DNA from: Octopus bimaculoides
Taxonomy: Eukaryota
Direction: 5' to 3'
DNA length: 64,000 bases
Assembly (NCBI RefSeq): GCF_001194135.2
Contig: NC_068982.1
Coordinates: 111,891,569-111,955,568, forward strand
Shown here: positions 1 to 12,509 of the stretch, one piece after another
Layout of the letters: each line of letters begins with the position of its first letter
How positions within the stretch are numbered: the stretch's first letter is position 1
The notes under the pieces: model-generated
Told to the model about the DNA's origin: nothing
The model's input: only the letters and a program-made list of their open reading frames with translations
The model's database searches: none
Made by a program: the position numbers and the translations under genes

Positions 1-146
1 TTGACTAGTGTTTATGAAAGGTAATGACAACATAGATAAGATTTTATTCCCGTACGCTAAGGGGCATAACTAGAATATCTGGTACAGTATAGCTTACTTG
101 TTTCTGTTATTGCAATGTATTTCATCTTGCTGATATTTTCTAGCAG

Positions 147-336
147 AGACGGCGAGCTGATAGAAACGTTAGCACGCCAGGCAACATGTTTAGCAACATT
201 TCGTCTCGTCTAAACGTTCTGAGTTCAAATTCCGCTGAGGTCGACTTTGCCTTTCATCCTTTCGTGATCGATAAAATTATCGGCTTAGCCCTTCCCCCTA
301 AATAGCTAGCCTTTGCCAAAATTTAAAACCAATATT
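147..336 (+). mobile_element. tRNA-derived SINE family A (internally deleted copy)
   Basis: Head GGCGAGCTGATAGAAACGTTAGCACGCC, B-box GAGTTCAAATTCC and body GTCGACTTTGCCTTTCATCCTTTCG are shared with 13 other copies in the window. Confidence 0.85.
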
Positions 337-1146
337 GGTTTCCAGTTCTGGCACAAGACCACAAGCAGATGTCCAGTGCCTCTATCTCTTCATCACTATA
401 TAAACGTCTAAAATAATTTGCGAAAAATTATTTAAAGTTAGCAGACATAAAAGAACAAAACAGAACCGAATAGAATTTGAACTTGGAATCACAAGGAATG
501 TATATAATTGCAACAATGTTTTTCTTGTAATTTAGTACCTTACTATCCTATAATTTTATAGTCTCCCCACCCCGCCCAAAAACAAAACAAAATAACACGA
601 AAAACAAAACAAACAAAAACTAATAACCAAATAAGGCAATGAGAGCAGATCTATATGTAGTGAACTAAAATACGTATAAATATATACATTGTATGTTATA
701 TATATGCTTAAGAGCGCTTCATCATTTGCTCAGTATGTAGAATATACCACCAGCATTGTCCAAACGACCTTAAGATCTAGTTCACAATTTATGCAAGGCT
801 GGTAGCCCGTGCTATGCATCTCCTACGCAATTCAGACTCACACACGCACAACACGTAACCACATCGTAACAAAATGACTTTTCCTCATCAGGCCCTGCTC
901 CATTTAATATCATGCGAAAGCAGATGAAACATGAAAGAGGCTGCATAACCTCCAAACAATGTCTGGACTCTGGACAAATTTCTTCAGATCACCTATGTTA
1001 GACATGTCTCAGTCAACAAGAACTCTCTACTTGAGTAGTCTATGTTACTACAAAACTTGACTTATGATGACTAAACAGATTCTGTCAGGTGGTGCTAATA
1101 AGTTAGACTTAGTCCAGGCAAATATTGGCAGAATCATATCAAAGTT

Positions 1147-1194
<48 letters not shown>

Positions 1195-1959
1195 GCACGC
1201 ACGCACGCACACACACACGCACACACGTACACACACGTACACACGTGCACACACATACGCGCACACACAAACAGACACACAAACACTTGTATGTGTGTGT
1301 GTGTATAATATAATATAAAGTATATACAAATATAAAGTATATAAAACATGGTTGATATGTATAATATACATACATTTATATAATATATTAAAATATAATA
1401 TATGTATATATACACATGCATACATTAGGCGATGCTTCAAAGTAAAATGAAAGATTGACTTGGAATTGGAGAAGAAAAAAAAAAGGAACCGATTAAAGAA
1501 AAAGAAAAGGAAAAAAGTTTATAGGAATGATTAAGTGATCTAAAGATATATTTTAATGACTGAGAGAGTAAAATACTTTTGGTATTGATATCGATAAACC
1601 CATAGTTATTTCTGAAGCAATTGGATATTCATTGATTGGGAATATTGTAAGAGAGAGAGAGAGAGAGGGAGAGAGAGAGAGAAAGAGAGAGAGAGAAAGA
1701 GAGAGAGAGAGATATGGCGGAGCTGAGAATGACGAAGATATATAAGGGGATATTAAATGCTATTTTACTACAATACGCAGAATCCCACACAGAGAACTAT
1801 ATATTCAATCATATCTGTTAAATACATGGCTAACAATTTACTTAATCGAATTCGAGGGGAATGAAAAGTAAAGATGATCTCAGCTGGATTTGAACTGACA
1901 CCGTAAGAGAACGTGACAAAATACAAGAGGTATATTTGTTTAGCACACAGTCGAAATTG

Positions 1960-2000
<41 letters not shown>

Positions 2001-2012
2001 TAATAATAATAA

Positions 2013-2205
2013 TCCTTTCTACTATAGGCACAAGGCCTGAAATTTGGGGGAAGAGACAAGTCGATTATATTGACCCAAGTGTATAACTGGTACTTAATTT
2101 ATCGACCCTAAAAGGATGAAAGGCAAAGTCGACCACGGCGGAATTTGAACTCAGAACGTAGCGACGGGCGAAATACCGCTAACGATTTTGCCAGCTCGCT
2201 ACCTT
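2013..2205 (-). mobile_element. SINE family A
   Basis: Reverse complement of the family A sequence. It has a short internal deletion between two GCTAA motifs, and its tail runs into (TAA)n. Confidence 0.9.
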
Positions 2206-3140
2206 ATTATGACGACGATGATGAGGATAATAATAATAATAATAATAATAATCATAATAATTTCTCCCAAAGGATCAAGGCCTCCATGTTTTAGGGAAAC
2301 AGGGTTAGTCGATTAACCCTGTGACTGTTCTGTGAATCACATATGATACACGGGACATTTTTTCCTGACGTCTATGCACCATATATGGTACACATTTCCA
2401 TTTTGATTTTTACCTCTGTAAGAGTAACTTCATACTTATGAAGGGAAAACTTTCAGAACATACGAAACAAGGATTTGCTAAATGTCTGAGAACGAGCGTG
2501 AGTTACAAATTTATGAAAATGCTTTGGACAAGCAAAGAGTTAAATCGATCCCGTACAATGTTGATATTCTATTTTATCTGTCCCAGAGCAATAAAAAGTA
2601 AAGTTGACCATAAAGGATTTTAATTGAGGATTTAAAGAGGTCTCAGTATAAAAGTAATGATTTATGCTATATGTAAACGGTCACATGTTTCGGAGAAGGT
2701 ATTATAGTAGTGTTTAAATCAGCACAGTACTTTACTAGCACAACATCGGGAAGGATGAAAGGTAGAGTTGTCTTCAACGAGATTTGATCGCAGGGCTTAA
2801 TGGTACATAACTAAATAGTACAACGTGTCCGTCGCTCTAGTGATTCAGCTAATACATTATCCAAGAAAAGACAAAACAGTAGCAGAAGCGAAAAATATTT
2901 GTGAAGTGGTATAGCAAAATTGAGTGGGCTGATATAAGGCAGCTGGGTCAGAATTATATCTCGACCTTTGTGTTCGCTGTTGTTCAATGTACCAAATCTC
3001 TTTACTCAAAGCACGCACGCGCACAAGCACATACATTTACATGCGCGCACGCAAACACATATGCACACTGCCGACGCACACTGGATTCATAGAGAAATTT
3101 CTTACAGAAATCTTGATAATACGTATATATNNNNNNNNNN

Positions 3141-3190
<50 letters not shown>

Positions 3191-3860
3191 CATCTGTGTG
3201 GGTACATATATGCATGTGTACACACACACACACGCGCGCACACACACACAAACAATCACGTATAGTGTTTAATTGTATCATTTTATTATAATTTGCATCG
3301 AAATGTTTCGGACAATCTGGAATGTAGATATCCAAAATGGCTGAAAAATTCGATAAAATGTAAATGCAAAGCACGAGTAATGGCGAATAACATAGTGACG
3401 TCAGGTTAGAAATCAAATAACTAAGTTATCGATCAGAATAGAGCTTACAATAGCTGAGGGATAATAGTACAACGTAGACATCCCTTAGCCCTTGAACGTT
3501 CATACACATACACAGACACATATATACACATAATTTGAAATCCAAGCATGGATTGCTCCACAACTGTTAAAACGTGAAATATCAGAGATAACTCTTCGTA
3601 CAGTGAGAAGCTGAAGACGAAACCTTCTGATAATTATGGATGTTCCGAAAATTAGCCATGGATATTTACTATAAAATTGACGTCAAACAATTCATCTTTC
3701 GGATTTCTAGTATTCAAACAATTTATCGATTAAGTTTGCTATTTAGTCTTAATAATCTATCTTATCATCATTTCTAGAGAGAAAACAAACATAATTAGAC
3801 ATAAATCAGATTCGCGGAAGAATAAATGGTTTCCGCTGCAGCTTTAAAATTACCTACTTC

Positions 3861-3901
<41 letters not shown>

Positions 3902-4138
3902 CAGCAGCAGTAGCAGCGGTAGCAGCAGCAGTACAAGTCACAACTGTTGTTGTGGTAGTAGTAGCGGTGGTTTGGTGGCGAAGTGGTACACTTAGCTATA
4001 GTAGTGGTGGTAGTAGTAATAGTAGTATTAGTAGTGATGCTGCCTGAGATAATAGAAATTGTAGTCATGAGAATAGTAGTAGTGGTATTACTATTATTAT
4101 TATTATTATTATTATTATTGTTAGTAATAGTAGAAGCA

Positions 4139-4349
4139 AAGCGGCGAGTTGACAGAATCGTTAGCACGCCGGTCAAAATGCTTAGCGGCATTTCGTCCAT
4201 CGCTACGTTCTGAGTTCAAATTCCGCCGAGGTCGACTTTGCCTTTCATCTTTTCGGGGTCGATGAAATAAGTACCAGTTATGCACTGAGGTCGATGTAAT
4301 CGACTAGCTCCCCACTCCTCAAATTTCAAGCCTTGTGCCTATAGCAGAA

Positions 4350-4350
<1 letters not shown>
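4139..4350 (+). mobile_element. SINE family A, full length
   Basis: GCGGCGAGTTGACAGAATCGTTAGCACGCC...GAGTTCAAATTCCGCCGAGGTCGACTTTGCC...CCTTGTGCCTATAGCAGAAA, followed by (ATT)n. Confidence 0.92.
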
Positions 4351-4401
<51 letters not shown>

Positions 4402-4799
4402 GTAGTAGTAGTAGTAGTAGTGATACATGCTGCATTAGCTGTTGGCCGACTTTGCTTCCTTCTGTGATCGATAAAATAAGTACTTGCCGTTGTTTTTAGC
4501 ACCAGTAAACCGATGATCAAACGCATTCCAGCAGAGACTTTGCCTTTTTCTTTATCTAATGNNNNNNNNNNNNNNNNNNNNNNNNNNNNNNNNNNNNNNN
4601 NNNNNNNNNNNNNNNNNNNNNNNNNNNNNNNNNNNNNNNNNNNNNNNNNNNNNNNNNNNNNNNNNNNNNNNNNNNNNNNNNNNNNNNNNNNNNNNNNNNN
4701 NNNNNNNNNNNNNNNNNNNNNNNNNNNNNNNNNNNNNNNNNNNNNNNNNNNNNNNNNNNNNNNNNNNNNNNNNNNNNNNNNNNNNNNNNNNNNNNNNCT

Positions 4800-5170
4800 C
4801 CATATATGCCAAAGGCTACGTGTCCAGTCTGCCCGAGATGTGTGGAGAGCAACGAATCTGCTCTTCCCGAACTCGTTCTATGTCTAAGCTCTACTAATTT
4901 GTCAAGCAGTCTCGGCAGTGGCTAAATCGAGTCATCATGAAGATCGCCCTGCCCTTTCTGGTTAAAAATTCCTTTGATAAAGAAAAACCAACAAAAGTGG
5001 TTGTATAGCGGACACGACTGAAAAAGAGTAATAGCGAAGTTTCCTTTTCGGCCTAGCTTCATCAACTTTTATAAGCTTCACTTAAGAAAGATGAAAGTGG
5101 AGAGAAAGGTGTTATCCCACCCCTGCTGTATTTGTTAAAATGTGTGTTGCTGGCAAGCATGACCCAATGG
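4800..5170 (+). pseudogene. Decayed L1/Tx1-type LINE ORF2 C-terminus
   Basis: From 4830 it reads CPRCVESNESALPELVLC, the CX2CX8HX4C knuckle spacing with His replaced by Pro (one base change). Downstream, from 5058, it reads FINFYKLHLRKMKVERKVLS. Stops and frameshifts are present. Confidence 0.5.
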
Positions 5171-5189
5171 AATATATGTAATTTTCAGA

Positions 5190-5320
5190 GTGGCAGAGTG
5201 TTGGCAACAGGATCATAAGGTTATCGGATCGATATCTGGAACAGAGTGTAGCGTAGTGATTGATCTTGAGCAAGGCACTTCGTGCCACATTGCTTTAGTT
5301 TACACAGCTCAAAATGAGTA
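5190..5320 (+). mobile_element. Old SINE with V/CORE-like domain
   Basis: Degenerate tRNA-like head followed by GATCTTGAGCAAGGCACTT...CACATTGCTTTAGTTTACACAGCTCAAAATGAGTAC. Confidence 0.55.
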
Positions 5321-5485
5321 CAAACCGAGTCCTGACACAGCCATCCATTCCTCTATCCATCCCTCCGTCCATCACATCCTTGATGTTCAGCTGGTTAGCT
5401 GGATCAATAATGGGAGGATCAAGGATGGGTCTATGAAAACACGAGGCACCTAAACTAAACATCAAAGTGTGAAACGAAAATCTAA

Positions 5486-5523
<38 letters not shown>

Positions 5524-5870
5524 CTGCGAAGCTTAGTGGTTGTCGTGTAACTGTCAGGTCCTCTTTGATCGAGTGAACCCATGTCAAACAAGCCCAGTTT
5601 TATAGGATCAACGTTAGAGAAGAAACACAACTGTTTGGTGTCTGTGAAGATATGGAACACATGTCCCGCTTAGATATTGTTTGATGATTGATTCAGTGTA
5701 TTTTATTTTACTGTCTTAAATATGAAAGGAAAAGTTAGTGAAATGTCTGTTGTATGAAATATGGGTGAACGTCACAGTAGAAAAATGGCTACTGTGTGGG
5801 GCGGAGATCGATTGATCAAAGTAAAAGATATGGAGACTGTGGAAATGTAGCAGCAGCAGCAGCAGCAGTT

Positions 5871-5906
<36 letters not shown>

Positions 5907-6703
5907 GTAGGAGAAGAAGAAGAAGCAGAAGAAGAAGAAGAAGAAGAAGAAGAAGAAGAAGAAGAAGAAGAAGAAGAAGAAGAAGAAATGTCATGATGAT
6001 GACGATTATGATTATGACGACGCTGTATGTAGTGGAGATTGACTGATACTTAGGTGAAAAAGTAGTAGTATTAACAGCAGCAGCAGCTGGAGTTGTGCAA
6101 GTAGGATGATGATTATAATGATGATGAAGCAAAAAAAAAAAAAAGTAGAGGAAGGAGGAAAAAAAAGAAGAAGCGGAGGAAGTAGAAGAAGAAATAGAAA
6201 AAGAGGAAGAAGTAGAAGAAATAAAGAAAAGAAGGAGAGAAAATGAAGAAAAAGGAGGAAGAAGAGGAGGAAGGGGAGGAAGAGGAGGAGAAAGAAGAAG
6301 AAAATGAAGAAAAAGAAAAAGGAGGAGGAGGAGGAGGAAGAAGAAAACTTGCTCTCATAATCTTAAAAAGAGTGCATTCTAGAAAAGAATCAGTTTACGA
6401 GTGTCATAAAAGTATGGAAATTAAATGCTCTTCTACTTGCACTAACAGGTGGGTAGCGGCCATGCTGAAGCAACCTCATAAAAATACCGAATGACGAAGA
6501 TAAAAAAATGGAATTTTTGTAAATTCTTACTGAAAGAGTGGAATATCAAAAGTCTCAAAATATTCTCTTGCTTTATCGAATGGAGGATTTGAAAACACTT
6601 TAACTAAAGCGTGGAATCGAAACTCAAACACCGCGGCGAGGGAGTGAAAGCAGATGTTCTAATCACTTGACTAACCATAAATCATCATCACCACCACCAC
6701 TAC

Positions 6704-6748
<45 letters not shown>

Positions 6749-6780
6749 TATTATTATTATTGTTATTATTATTATTATTG

Positions 6781-6982
6781 AAGGCGGCGAGCTGGCATAA
6801 TCGTTAGCATGCCAGGCGAAACGTTTTGTGGTATTTCGTCTGCCGCTACGATCTGAGTTCAAATTCTGCCGAGGTCGACTTTGCTTTCATCCCTTCGGGG
6901 TCGATAAATTGAGTACCAGTTGAGTACTGGCGTCGATATAATTGACTAGTCCCCTCCTCCTTGTGCCTTTAATAGAAAAGAT
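6781..6982 (+). mobile_element. SINE family A, full length
   Basis: AAGGCGGCGAGCTGGCATAATCG...CTTTCATCCCTTCGGGGTCGATAAATTGAGTACCAG...CCTTGTGCC; flanked by (ATT)n. Confidence 0.92.
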
Positions 6983-7204
6983 TATTATTATTATTATTAT
7001 TTGATTAATCGTAAGGCTGAATCCATGACTCGTTCTCGATGGCAGGATAAATGCACAAAATGTTACGCACGCTCCACAAACCTTGTCCAAATTCTTATGA
7101 AAAACTCCGATAAGTACATAAAGGTCAGATTGACTCATCCATCCTAGAATAGGAAACGGTCCCTCCAATGAGAGTCCATTCAATTTCTGTTTACAAAATT
7201 TTAA

Positions 7205-7335
7205 TCGCTCGCAATAGTGGACCAGAGACTGAAGTATAAAACACTTGCTAAAGATGCTGTGCGATGAGGTTGTATAAAAAAAAAAATTACGTGATTGCTA
7301 AATGAACTTGTTAACCACGCTGCCATCTATGCACC
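7205..7335 (-). mobile_element. Degenerate CORE-type SINE (family C) 5' part
   Basis: AAAACACTTGCTAAAGATGCTGTGC...TTAACCACGCTGCCAT resembles the reverse complement of the family C head at 48857. Confidence 0.4.
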
Positions 7336-7920
7336 GTTTAAAGGAATAAAAAAAGAAAGTGTTAGATTGAATTTCTTTTACTAATTTATTTTTGAAATAT
7401 TTAAAAAATATATTTCAGAGGCAGGTATCAATCAATCAATAAATCAATAAATTTGGTCTTTAATCATATTTCATTGAACTATCAAATCATTCAGACAAAT
7501 TGATGATGCGGTGCCATTTCGTGCAACATAAATACAAAGTCACGTGCATCTGTCGCAATCAACGACAAGGTAAGGGAATGTAGACTGCTAATTATTTGTA
7601 AAAATATTGCAGTGTGCTGAGATAAGTTTGTTTCGTAATGACAAGGTTTCGACTTCAATCCCAAAGCGCAGTAACTTGAACGAATGTCTTCTCCAAAACA
7701 TCAACTAATAGAGTACTCAATATATTTCTGTAGAGCATAGAATTCTTTATTGTTACATATAAAAAGTTGACAGTGGATTCAAGTTTTCGTGGATGATTGG
7801 CTTCTCCAAAAAGCTAATATGTCTGTCTCTCTGTCTAAACGATCTCTTATAATAGCAATATAATAATTAAATCTATTAATATAACAACTAATTTCTCTTA
7901 CCTATTTTAGATTGTACCTC

Positions 7921-8145
7921 AAGGCAGCGGACTGGTAGAATTGTTAGCACGCTGGGCCAAATGCTTAGCGGCATTTCGTCCGTCTTTACGTTCTGAGCTC
8001 TATTTCCGCCGAGGTTGACTTTGCTTTTCATCCTTTCAGGGTTGATAACTTAAGTTCCGGTTGAGCACTGGGGTCGATGTAATCGACTTAGTCCCCTTCC
8101 CACCAAAAATGTGCTTGCCTTGTGCCGAAATTTGAAATTAATATT
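7921..8145 (+). mobile_element. SINE family A
   Basis: Full head, body and CCTTGTGCCGAAATTTGAAA tail variant. Confidence 0.9.
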
Positions 8146-9090
8146 AAATTCTACTCTTAATGTTATTTTCGGTGATCCAAACATCCTTATCAAATCTTTT
8201 TACAAAGCAGATTGAACTTATTTACTTGTGTTCGTCACGTTTCGACGACAACCGTATCTTATCAGTTTCTACACAAAAGTGTATTAAAAAAAAGCCAGCT
8301 CCTTATATATCTCTCTTTACAGTACCTTTGTTGAAANNNNNNNNNNNNNNNNNNNNNNNNNNNNNNNNNNNNNNNNNNNNNNNNNNNNNNNNNNNNNNNN
8401 NNNNNNNNNNNNNNNNNNNNNNNNNNNNNNNNNNNNNNNNNNNNNNNNNNNNNNNNNNNNNNNNNNNNNNNNNNNNNNNNNNNNNNNNNNNNNNNNNNNN
8501 NNNNNNNNNNNNNNNNNNNNNNNNNNNNNNNNNNNNNNNNNNNNNNNNNNNNNNNNNNNNNNNNNNNNNNNNNNNNNNNNNNNNNNNNNNNNNNNNNNNN
8601 NNNNNNNNNNNNNNNNNNNNNNNNNNNNNNNNNNNNNNNNNNNNNNNNNNNNNNNNNNNNNNNNNNNNNNNNNNNNNNNNNNNNNNNNNNNNNNNNNNNN
8701 NNNNNNNNNNNNNNNNNNNNNNNNNNNNNNNNNNNNNNNNNNNNNNNNNNNNNNNNNNNNNNNNNNNNNNNNNNNNNNNNNNNNNNNNNNNNNNNNNNNN
8801 NNNNNNNNNNNNNNNNNNNNNNNNNNNNNNNNNNNNNNNNNNNNNNNNNNNNNNNNNNNNNNNNNNNNNNNNNNNNNNNNNNNNNNNNNNNNNNNNNNNN
8901 NNNNNNNNNNNNNNNNNNNNNNNNNNNNNNNNNNNNNNNNNNNNNNNNNNNNNNNNNNNNNNNNNNNNNNNNNNNNNNNNNNNNNNNNNNNNNNNNNNNN
9001 NNNNNNNNNNNNNNNNNNNNNNNNNNNNNNNNNNNNNNNNNNNNNNNNNNNNNNNNNNNNNNNNNNNNNNNNNNNNNNNNNNNNNNCCCA

Positions 9091-9162
9091 GGGGCATATG
9101 GCGTAGTGGTTAAGAGGGCGAGCTACTAACCCCAAGATTCCGAGTTTGATTCCAGGCAGTGA

Positions 9163-9219
<57 letters not shown>

Positions 9220-9420
9220 TGATGATGATGATGATAACATCGAAAAATACCTTAGGAATGAGAACCCAGGTTCGAAATTTCCCCAAGACACCTGATGAAG
9301 GCTGGAGGGTATATCAGCCGAAACGTCGTGTTAACAAGAAACAAGATGAGGACAAATATCCGTCAAATGTAAAATAATGTAAATAATGTACATAATTCCT
9401 CATCTCTTAAATATAGAACG
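9091..9420 (+). mobile_element. tRNA-headed SINE-like element carrying a hammerhead ribozyme
   Basis: A-box TGGCGTAGTGG at 9099-9109 and B-box-like GAGTTTGATTCC at 9142-9153. Then an internal (AAT)n(GAT)n tract, a body with the hammerhead motif, and an AAATAATGT-repeat tail. The 3' end is approximate. Confidence 0.7.
9287..9332 (+). ncRNA. Minimal type I hammerhead ribozyme (Penelope-like, dimer-dependent)
   Basis: Stem I is GACAC (9287-9291) / GUGUU (9328-9332). Core CUGAUGA (9292-9298) has one extra A after it. Stem II is GGCUG (9300-9304) / CAGCC (9315-9319). Then GAA (9320-9322), palindromic helix III ACGU (9323-9326) and C17 at 9327, giving a GUC cleavage triplet. Confidence 0.75.
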
Positions 9421-9658
9421 GTAGTGATTTTATTGGCAAAATAGCCCACCCAGTTTTATTATTCGCTAATCAATTAATCAATTAATTTATTATTGATTTG
9501 TATGCCATAAATATTTCGTCACCCATGCATGCTTCTATAACTAACGTTACGTATTCAATCACCTTCTCCTTTATTGGCAAAATGACCCACCAAAAGTACA
9601 ACTGAATCGGTTTCAACATACAGTTTTACATCAAAGTTCTTGTAAAACAAATTTATAC

Positions 9659-9705
<47 letters not shown>

Positions 9706-9902
9706 GCCAGTCTGTCTGTCTATCGGTCCGTCTGCTTATCCATCTATCTAATACACATACATACATACACCATTTAAGCATATATGCGCATGTCTAGACA
9801 TGCAACTATATACATGAAAATATATACATAAAACAAAACATACATGCACTGACTCCAAATACTGCACACATACAAACATACATACATACATACATACATA
9901 CA

Positions 9903-9936
<34 letters not shown>

Positions 9937-10410
9937 CATATATGCACAGAAGCAAAAAATACCCTGCTGATATTGAAGTTTCAATGAAGGGACCGTTGGT
10001 CTAGGTTAGAAACCGGCCCTTCCTCTATTGGCAAGGAATCTTGAAATAAAACTGAATAATTGCATACACACACACATATATAAACATATATACATGTGTA
10101 TACTTACATATCTTACGTGTTATACCATGTCTCAATACAAGGTATATTTTTTAGAGAAATCTCCAACGAAATATGATTAGTATAGCTGCGAAAACAGCAG
10201 TAAGATTGGGTATTCAACCTTTATAAAACACAAAATGTATATGTAGACGCTCGCGCGCACACACACATTCACGCACACATTCACGCACACATAAACATCA
10301 CACAGAGACATAATTAACAAGAAGTACATTTGGATTTGCAAAGAGGAAAAAAGAAAAGTACTTCATACGTTCTGTAGTATATTAAATGCTAACATTAACT
10401 CTCTTTTACC

Positions 10411-10546
10411 ACTGAGACCGCCTTTGCCTTTCATCCTTTCGGAGTCAATAAAAAAAAAAGTACTAGTCGAACGCTGGAGTCGATGTAATGGACTTACCCA
10501 CTTCCCCCAAATTGCTGGCCTTGTGCCAAAACTTGAAACCAATATT
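10411..10546 (+). mobile_element. SINE family A, 5'-truncated
   Basis: Body and tail only. A(C/T)ATTAACTCT occurs on both sides as a possible target-site duplication. Confidence 0.8.
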
Positions 10547-11007
10547 AACTCTGTTTACATCTAGTGTCAGATTTTTGCCAAGTTTTATCAGAATTTATGT
10601 TTGATCATTTCAGTTCGACTACAAAGAAAGTTCTCCCATGTTTCTCCAAATCCACTTCCAATGATGTTTTTTTAAGAAAAATAAATCCTTTAAATAAATT
10701 GAATTATGGTTTTTATTGTTTATCATCGTCTTATCAAAAGCTTCTTTGTCTGCCATTCAAATGTCAACATCTTTGATGTAATGATATAAATATGCTCATA
10801 TAAACAATCGTGCCAAACACTATACTGATAACGAACCAATAAGGAAGCCACTAGGTTGTTACTCAGTCTACGAGAAATATCAGCCAAATGTCCCTAAAAT
10901 GTAATCCCACTTTGGATTATGGCACAAGGCCAGCAAATTTAGGAGGGGGTAGTTTCTCTTTCTAACTTGCTGCCTCTTAGTCAATAAAATTCTTCTTTTT
11001 CCTTATA

Positions 11008-11205
11008 ATATTGGCACAAGGCCAGTAATTTTAAGAGGAGAAGGCAAACGGTTATATCGGTGCTAGTATTGATTGATACTTTATTTTATCGCCCACTAAA
11101 GGATGAAAGGGGAACTTGAGTTCAGCAGGATTTGAACTCAGAACGAAAAGAGTCGGAATAAATACTTCTAAGCATTTCGTCCAACGCGCTAAAGATTCTG
11201 CTAAC
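11008..11205 (-). mobile_element. SINE family A (diverged)
   Basis: TTGGCACAAGGCC...AAAGGATGAAAGG...GGATTTGAACTCAGAACG...GCTAAAGATTCTGCTAAC. Confidence 0.8.
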
Positions 11206-11502
11206 TTAATGTATTTTTTAGTTTATGTAATTCGATATAAACAAAAACTTAAATTCAATCAATTTAAGGCAACATAACGCAATATGATGATAATGATAAT
11301 AATTATAGTATATAGATCGTTACACATTGTAATGTTAGATGATATATTATACTCTGTTACATAATATACTATTAAAGAAAATTATATCATAACTTATTTA
11401 ATATAAAATTAAATATTATTAAACACGGTTGTTTAATGTTAAATAACATTATATTATGTATTGTTATATAATATAGATTGTTAAAAACATAATATTTAAT
11501 AC

Positions 11503-11705
11503 AGTGGATAGCTGGCAGAACTGTTAGCGCACCGGGAAAAATGCATAGCGGCATTTCGTCCGTCTTGACGTTCTGAGTTTAAATTTCACCGAGATCGGCT
11601 TTGCCTTCCATCTTTTCGGTATCGATAAAATAAGTACCAGTTTAGTGCTACGGTTGATGTAATCGACTTACCGCCTCCCCAGAACTGGGGGAGACTGGCC
11701 TTCTG
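11503..11705 (+). mobile_element. SINE family A
   Basis: GCTGGCAGAACTGTTAGC...TTTGCCTTCCATCTTTTCGGTATCGATAAAATAAGTACCAG. Confidence 0.85.
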
Positions 11706-12303
11706 ATAATATACTATTAAATAATATTACATCGTTCATTAATAGAATGTTGGTTTAAATTCCTTGTAGTATTTAATTGCATCCACTTACGACTGTTTTC
11801 AAATTATGCCGTGGTCGGATTTCTCTTTTATTCTACCGTGGTGGCTTTAAAGGTCGGCATACTGTTCCATCAACTAAATCTCTCGAAACTTTTATCAAAC
11901 AAAAATGAAAAGAGACCCCAAAGCGTGTTCTTGAGTCAAACAGAAATTCATTTATGTTCGATTTTAAGTTTCAGGTTGGTGAGGCGATAGGCATTGTAGA
12001 ATGCCGGATGAAATATTCTAGCAGATGTATGATCAAATTCATAACCGTCATAACCATCCTGTCTCGTTTTCGGATATAAGTGTACCGCATATTACATTAT
12101 CGAATATGTTCTTTCCTCCGGTGGTAGGACGTGGCTTAAAGGAGATTTGTCTGCTCTGCGTAGCAGATCAAGAGGCCACATACAGGCTTTCAAACTAGTT
12201 AATTGTAGAAGTGTAACATGTTCGAGTCAGTCGATAGAAAACTTCAGTAATATAGAGAAGTTTCACATTTTGGCCTAATATATGGAACTATGTATTGGTT
12301 TCA

Positions 12304-12509
12304 CATTTTGGCACAAGGCCAGCAATTTCGAGGGAAGGGTAAGCCGATTACATCGACCCCAGTGTTCAGTTAGGTACATACTTTACCGACCCTGAAAGGA
12401 TGAAAGGCAAAGTCGACCTCGGTGGAATTTGAACACAGAATGTAGAGACAGAAGGAATGCCGCTAAGCAGTTCGCCCGGCGTGCTAACGATTCTTCTAGC
12501 ACACCGCTT
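12304..12509 (-). mobile_element. SINE family A
   Basis: Full-length reverse-complement copy. Confidence 0.9.

Noticed and set aside
3590-3660. CTGAAGA...GAAA hammerhead-like words
   Set aside because: There is no stem II or stem I pairing.
5796-6494. Acidic E/K-rich ORFs
   Set aside because: They derive from (GAA)n/(GGA)n purine microsatellites, with no splice or domain support.
9091-9166. Functional tRNA gene
   Set aside because: A and B boxes are present, but no convincing acceptor stem forms. The sequence continues into a repeat body, so it is a SINE head.
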